Shown: positions 9,353 to 17,775 of the stretch, one piece after another
Numbering within the stretch: position 1 is the stretch's first letter
Layout of the letters: every line of letters starts with the position of its first letter
NCBI RefSeq assembly: GCF_006345805.1
Contig: NW_021824609.1
Location: 1 to 17,775 of the forward strand
Reading direction: 5' to 3'
Source: Octopus sinensis
Lineage: Eukaryota
DNA length: 17,775 nucleotides
Program-made: the position numbers and the translations under genes
The notes under the pieces: model-generated
Told to the model about the DNA's origin: nothing
What the model saw: the letters and a program-made list of their open reading frames with translations, nothing else
Databases searched by the model: none

Positions 9353-9584
9353 TATTTCTTTATTGCCCTCAAGGGTCTAAACATAGAGGGGGCAAACAAG
9401 GACAGGCAAAGGGATTAAGTAGATTACACCGACACCAGTGCGTAACTGGTACTTAATTTATGGACCCCGAAAGGATGAAAGGCAAAGTTGACCTCGGCGG
9501 AATTTGAACTCAGAACGTAACGGCAGACGAAATACCGCTAAGCATTTCGCCCGGCTTGCTAACGTTTCTGTCAGTTCGCCGCCT
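9353..9584 (-). mobile_element. Full-length SINE group B, tail B2
   Basis: Head and core as in 6402; alternative tail tatttctttattgccctcaagggtctaaacatagagggggcaaacaaggacagg is shared with 11920. Confidence 0.9.
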
Positions 9585-9641
9585 TTTTGAGAAGGAAGAA
9601 TGACTTTTTACCGTTTTTTCATAGACGGAACTGTAAGAGTC

Positions 9642-9790
9642 AAGACACGTAGCCTAGTGGTTAGCGTGTTGCTCGCAAGGATGTGATTTCAATTCCCATA
9701 CAGGATGGTGTGTTGTTTTCCTGAACAAAACGCTTCATATTACGTATGTTCTCGCGCAAACAAAGCACTTCACTTCACTTTGCTCCAGTT
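9642..9790 (+). mobile_element. SINE group C 5' fragment, diverged
   Basis: tagcctagtggttag (A-box), gatttcaattcc (B-box-like), then gcacttcacttcactttgctccagt. Confidence 0.65.
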
Positions 9791-9888
9791 CGGGTTGGAC
9801 GGGGGTAATGCTGTGATCTCGATGACATGGAAACAGGGTACCGGCCTTACGAGTCTTGAAACTTGAGATAATAATGTCCGAGGGTTAT

Positions 9889-9946
9889 GACGCCGACGCC
9901 GACGCCGCCGCAGCCGCCGACGACGACGACGACGGTGATGATGATA

Positions 9947-9979
<33 letters not shown>

Positions 9980-10148
9980 ACGATGATGATGATGATCATC
10001 ATCATCATGATCATGACGATGATAATAACAATGATGATGATGACGACGACGATGATGATGATGATAACGATTACGGTGATTACGATGATGATGATGATGA
10101 TGATGACGATGATGATGATGATGTTGATGATGACGATGATGATGATGA
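9889..10148. repeat. Compound (GCC/GAC/GAT)n trinucleotide tract
   Basis: Direct; source of the poly-D/H/M pseudo-ORFs. Confidence 0.95.
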
Positions 10149-10790
10149 ACTACAAAACCATCGATAACTGTCCTCCCGGCTCTTTGCGTCCCGAGTTCAA
10201 ATGCTGCATTGGCCCACACCCAGAGAAAAACCAAGGCCAAAATCCAGTTTAACACCAGCACTTGGTTCTTAACTACGTGAGTAGGGTCCATCCTGTTGTC
10301 ATTATCCAATTGAAAACCGCCTCCTAGCACTTTGAGTGCTTTTAGCGGAAACCACAATATTGCAGGCATTCGGGACATGTCCCCTCTTTATGGATAGCAT
10401 TCTCTCTCCCCCACCCGACCAATTTCGGAAGCCCAGTAATTATTTATCATCACTGTCTTGCTCTCATTTCTGCCTAAAAGTTGTTTAAACAAAAGTTGCA
10501 TTATACCGTTCGTTATATAAACTAATCGATATTGCCAGAGCCAGTCTGCAAGTACTGGAGTCGATACGATCGATTTTACCGTTGAAAGTCGGTGACCCAG
10601 CATGGCCGTTGCTCTGGGACTGGAACCAATGAAAAAATAATTGGATGTAGAGGATCGTACACGTATATACACAAACGCATACATGTGCGTACTCACACGC
10701 ACACACGTATGCACACGTACGCACACGCTCGACGTATGCACATATATGTTAATGTGTGTTTGTGCCTGTGTATATGTATGTGGGAAGTAG

Positions 10791-10870
10791 GAGAGAGAGA
10801 GAGAGAGAGAGTCGTATATATCATCCACACGTGTGTGTGTGTGCGTGCGTATAGGTAGGTACATAGATAG

Positions 10871-10912
<42 letters not shown>

Positions 10913-10938
10913 GCAGACAGGCAGGCAGGCAAGCAGGC

Positions 10939-10981
<43 letters not shown>

Positions 10982-11102
10982 CAGACAGACAAACAGGCAG
11001 GCAGACACACACACACACACACACACAAACAGATAGATAAAGAGAGAGAGAGAGTGAGAGATAAATAGATAGACACACACACGCACAGACAGACAGACAG
11101 AC

Positions 11103-11151
<49 letters not shown>

Positions 11152-11230
11152 AAGGGACAGACAGACAGACAGATAGATGGAAAAGAAGATAGATATAGAT
11201 CGAGTGATAAACAGAGGTATATGTACAGAT
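10791..11230. repeat. Compound (GA)/(GT)/(GATA)/(GACA)/(CA) microsatellite
   Basis: Direct. Confidence 0.9.
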
Positions 11231-11606
11231 ATTACGAGTGTGTGTGTGTCAACGACGGTAGGTAGATAAATACGAATTTGTAATAATTAGGATTATTGTT
11301 GTTGATGTTGTTGTTGCTAGTGCTCCTGCTATTTTGGCTGAGTGGTGATGCATAACAACTACCCGCGTCACCCACCCGGCTCCCCTGCACGCGGAACGGA
11401 GCGGCATTAAAAATGTCGTCTTATATGAACAAGACATTCAACCGTGTCTGCTCGTTTCATTCAAACAACCGTGGGCAACAGCAGCAGCAGCAGCAGGCAG
11501 CAGCCAGCAGCAGCAACCGTAACAATTACAGCAGCAGCGGCAGTTTCAGCAGCAATAGTAAGTCACACCAACTGCCGGCTTCTTTCTCTTCTTAAATAAC
11601 AACAAC

Positions 11607-11710
11607 AATCCTTTCTGCTATAAAGCACAAAGCCTGAAATTTGGGGGGAGGGGGTGAGTCGATTAGATCCACCCCAGGGTTTCACAGCTACTTAATTTAT
11701 CGACCCCGAA
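11607..11710 (-). mobile_element. SINE group B 3' fragment, tail B1
   Basis: aaagcctgaaatttgggggagggg...gtcgattagatc...tacttaatttatcgaccccgaaa. Confidence 0.8.
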
Positions 11711-11725
11711 AATTAAGCATCAAGC

Positions 11726-11727
<2 letters not shown>

Positions 11728-11776
<49 letters not shown>
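11728..11776. repeat. (AAT)n
   Basis: Direct. Confidence 0.97.
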
Positions 11777-12597
11777 GGATAAACAATATAAAATGCCCCG
11801 ATGCAGTACCAGGCAGTGGCTCTCATGGCTTCGCATCTTAACTGATTGGAAGTGTTATCATGTACATTGTTTTGTCTTGATATAAAAGAAGGGCTACAGC
11901 AAATATTCTGGTCAATACCTATTTCTTTACTACCCACAAGGGGCTAAACACAGAGAAGACAAACAAGGACAGACAAACGGATCAAGTCAAATATATCGAC
12001 TCCAGTGCGTAACTGGTACTTAATTTATCGACCCCGAAAGGATGAAAGGCAAAGTCGACCTTGGCGGAATTTGAACTCAGAACGCACGGCAGACGAAATA
12101 CTGCTAAGCATTTGCCCGGCGTGCTAACGTTTCTGCCAGCTAGCCCAGATTTGCTTGTCACTTGTTTGATCATAACCAGTGGAGCGTGTCCCTTAGTGGC
12201 TGACGATATGTGCATCTCTGATCATGAGCAGAAGTAGTGGGGGAGCATCATAGCCATGTGTTGAGAGGGATTCTTTGGGGTTTGGATAATTCACCTTTGA
12301 AAATACGAGTGTTTCGTTCAACATCCTTAAATAAACCTAATCCAAGAACCTTTTGAACGGGATGGGCTACTTGACCTGAAGAAAATCTAAATGGGTCTCA
12401 CCTGCAAGGTCATGCGCTGTTTATCTTGATATAAGGTCATGCGCTGTTTATCTTGATATAAGGTCACCATATCGCACACACATGGTTGTGTTCCATGTAT
12501 CTGGTGTACTCTTATCAGACGGGTAGTCATGATGGGTATACTGGGCTTCGAATATTTTACCCCAATGTAACTTTGATGGCATACATTGCTCTCACTC
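11777..12597. mobile_element. ~600-bp non-coding element between two (AAT)n tracts, interrupted by a SINE
   Basis: Unique sequence 11777-11919 and 12146-12597 is bounded by pure (AAT)n on both sides. I recall it as an abundant octopus repeat, but this is unverified. Confidence 0.55.
11920..12145 (-). mobile_element. SINE group B, tail B2, nested in the AAT-flanked element
   Basis: Closely matches 9353-9584; no target-site duplication visible. Confidence 0.9.

Positions 12598-12660
<63 letters not shown>
12598..12660. repeat. (AAT)n
   Basis: Direct. Confidence 0.97.
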
Positions 12661-12866
12661 CTCTTCTACTAAAAGTACAAGGTCTGAAATTTTGGGGTGC
12701 GGGCTAGTTGATTATACGGACTCCAAAGCGTAACTGGTACTTATTTCATCGACCCCGAGAGGATGAAAGGCAAGGCCAGCCTTGGCGGAATTTGAACTCA
12801 GAACATAAAGATGGACGAAATCCTCTTATCATTTCCCCCCGTTTGCTAACGATTCTGCCAGCTCGC
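12661..12866 (-). mobile_element. SINE group B, tail B1, near full length and diverged
   Basis: Reverse complement of 6402-6613 with substitutions. Confidence 0.85.
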
Positions 12867-13081
12867 AAATGGTTTCAATTTGTGGCACAACGCCAGTCAT
12901 TTTGAAAGGGTGAGGGACTAAGGACAAGTCGATTACATCGACCCCAGTATTCAACTGGTATTTTATTTTATCGTCCCTTGGATTGGTAAAAGGCAATGTC
13001 TGCCTCGGCGCGATTTGAACTTTAAACCTAATGAAGTAGAAGAAATGTCACCAAGTAATTTTTTCAGACGCACCATCGATT
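12867..13081 (-). mobile_element. SINE group B, third tail type (B3), strongly diverged head
   Basis: Core gtcgattacatcgaccccagtattcaactggta...aaaggcaatgtctgcctcggcgcgatttgaact; tail aaatggtttcaatttgtggcacaacgccag differs from B1 and B2. Confidence 0.7.
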
Positions 13082-13082
13082 T

Positions 13083-13167
13083 TAAGGGCTAGAAATTTTA
13101 GGAGTAGGTGACTGGGGGGAGGGGTGCTAGTCGATTTCAAAAATAGGCCCCAGTATTTTCCTGGTGC
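13083..13167 (-). mobile_element. SINE group B 3' fragment
   Basis: gaaatttt...ggggggagggg...agtcgatt...ccccagtat...ctggt. Confidence 0.55.
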
Positions 13168-13205
13168 ATCATGTAGTCGTCGAAGTCCTCCCCTCGTCCT
13201 TCGCT

Positions 13206-15412
<2,207 letters not shown>

Positions 15413-15784
15413 ACTTTAGTTGTTCGTCTCAGGATAACAGAATAACTCGAACGGCGACGACAACATTAAAAGAGCCAAACACAACAACAACAACAACGCC
15501 GAAAACAAACGACAAGGAACCGGGATTTTACAATCATCATCATCACCATCATCGCCACCAAGAACATTTACGACTGCATTATTATCAATTAACCAAAACA
15601 ACAGTAACAATTACAAACAATTCTCTGCCTCTCTTTCCTTCTTTCTGCTCTGTTCTGCCTATTTAACCGTTTTTCTCTCGCTGTCGGGTGTCTGCCTGAC
15701 TGTCTGCTTGTCCGTCCGTCCGTCTGTCAGTCTATCTGTCTAACACACTCACATCTGTCCGTCTGTTCGTCAATCCACCTGGTC

Positions 15785-16068
<284 letters not shown>

Positions 16069-16559
16069 TCTGTGTGTGTCTGTGTTCATTTCTCACCTGT
16101 CCTTTTGAACACATACAACACACACACATGTATACATACCACTATACATACACACCACACACGTTTCGTCACGCACGCACACACATCCGCATATAAATAT
16201 TCAGACATATAAATTCACAAACACGCCACATAGTTATGATGTCGGCGATGATGATGATGATGATGACAATGTTTGTGACGACGATGACAATGCTAACAGC
16301 AATGGTCATTCACACACAACCACAACTTTATAAGCGAGCAAACACACACACACCACACACAACACACACACACAAACACACACACCCCAACACATATCAC
16401 ACACACACATTCACGACACACACACGCACAATGTTCACTCACAACATATCATAATACATACAGCAATGCACGTACACACACACAGCTAAACTAAACACAA
16501 CACACACACACATATATAAATTCACACACCTACACACACGTACGACTACACACGCGCGC

Positions 16560-16700
16560 GCACCACCACCACCATCTCCCCACCACCACCACCACCACCA
16601 CCACCACCACCAACACCACCACCACCACCAACAGCAGCAGCAGCAGGAACCGACTTTCAGTGGTTCATAACGACTGTTGTTGTTACTGTTGTTGTTGTTA
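16560..16700. repeat. (CAC)n-(CAG)n and (TGT)n trinucleotide runs
   Basis: Direct. Confidence 0.9.
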
Positions 16701-16791
16701 AAACCCATTATATTTCCAATCTGTGTGATTTACGTCCAACGTGAGTGTATATACAGATACATGTACACCAGACTGGATTCATATTTATAAT

Positions 16792-16824
<33 letters not shown>

Positions 16825-17308
16825 CATACATATATATATATATATTTACTTTTTACCATGTCTGTGATTAGATATTACTTTCTATTGTTGGTTTACCATT
16901 ATTTGGGATACGGAATGGCAACTGAAGGTAAGAACACATCGGCCTTTCAATCGAACGGTTTTTGCTATCGTTTCTCTACTTTATTACGATTGTCTTTATT
17001 ATGATGATTATTATAAATTATTTAAATATATTCTTGTTCTTTTTCCAGATATTCATTGTGTATACATATCTATATCACGATCAACTATATCTACATTCTA
17101 TACGTGTTTATGTATGTATGTATGTATGTATGTATGTATCGATCGATCGATCTATCTATCTATCAATCTACCGGTATGTTAGTCTGTCTATCTATCTATC
17201 TGTCTGTCTGTCTGTCTGCTGTCTGTCTTCTATCTATCTACTATCTATCTATTTATCTAGCTATCAATTTATATATATCTCTCTCTCTATATATTATTAT
17301 ATATTAAT

Positions 17309-17372
17309 GGCGGTGCCCCAGCATGGCCACAGCTCGTGAGCTGAAACTGGATAAAATGTAAAATGTAAAAAT
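17309..17372 (+). mobile_element. Extreme 3' end of a group A-type SINE
   Basis: ggcggtgccccagcatggccacagc...ctgaaact followed by a (TAAAATG)-like tail; matches 9021-9045 and 6841-6860. Confidence 0.65.
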
Positions 17373-17443
17373 GTATATATATATATATAATATATATATA
17401 CACACACATATAGATAGATAGACAGACATACACACACACACAC

Positions 17444-17444
<1 letters not shown>

Positions 17445-17538
<94 letters not shown>

Positions 17539-17624
17539 CCGTTGTGTTATGGATAGATAGATAGATAGATAGATAGATAGTGTTATGGATGATAGATAGT
17601 AGATAGATAGATAGATAGATAGAT

Positions 17625-17660
<36 letters not shown>

Positions 17661-17666
17661 TAGATA
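17445..17666. repeat. (GATA)n tract with interruptions
   Basis: Direct. Confidence 0.95.
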
Positions 17667-17775
17667 ATATACCTTTGTGTTATGAAATTGGAGCCGTTAA
17701 TTATAATCGCGAGTATTGTTGGCCGAAATTGTGTTTGGGGAGATCCCCTTTCCTAATGTCGTGTAAAATGGTCTG

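Noticed and set aside
10155-10630. Additional SINE pieces (gagttcaaat B-box at ~10191; gacccagcatggccg tail at ~10594)
   Set aside because: Too short and diverged to delimit as features.
9770-11086. Poly-D/H/M and YLSI ORFs
   Set aside because: Artefacts of the (GAT)n and (GATA)n tracts.
12300-12420. HDV-like ribozyme on the minus strand of the AAT-flanked element
   Set aside because: A P1-like pairing (GACCUU/AAGGUU) exists, but I could not build P1.1 or a convincing J4/2.

Overview
This is AT-rich eukaryotic non-coding DNA made almost entirely of microsatellites and transposon relics. The tRNA-derived SINE types resemble those I associate with Octopus/coleoid cephalopod genomes; that is recognition, not a database result. 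No intact protein-coding gene is supported, and nearly all listed ORFs are artefacts of stop-free simple repeats. Contents: about 20 SINE copies or fragments in three informal groups (A, B, C), two mariner relics, an N-terminal relic of a probable R4/Dong-type non-LTR ORF, and a ~600-bp element flanked on both sides by (AAT)n. There is also a ~2.1-kb (CAT/CAC)n tract. Two structures stand out. (1) A ~545-bp unit repeated ~3x head-to-tail and then ~2x inverted (1119-3778), forming a ~1.06-kb-arm palindrome between (TA)n tracts. (2) A ~394-bp fold-back element (8229-8622) with a minimal type-I hammerhead-ribozyme-like motif in each arm, suggesting an inverted Penelope-like pseudo-LTR pair or a ribozyme-bearing MITE. 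Private single-base indels between repeat copies suggest imperfectly polished long-read sequence, so fine details need read-level confirmation. All coordinates were counted by eye and may be off by a few bases.
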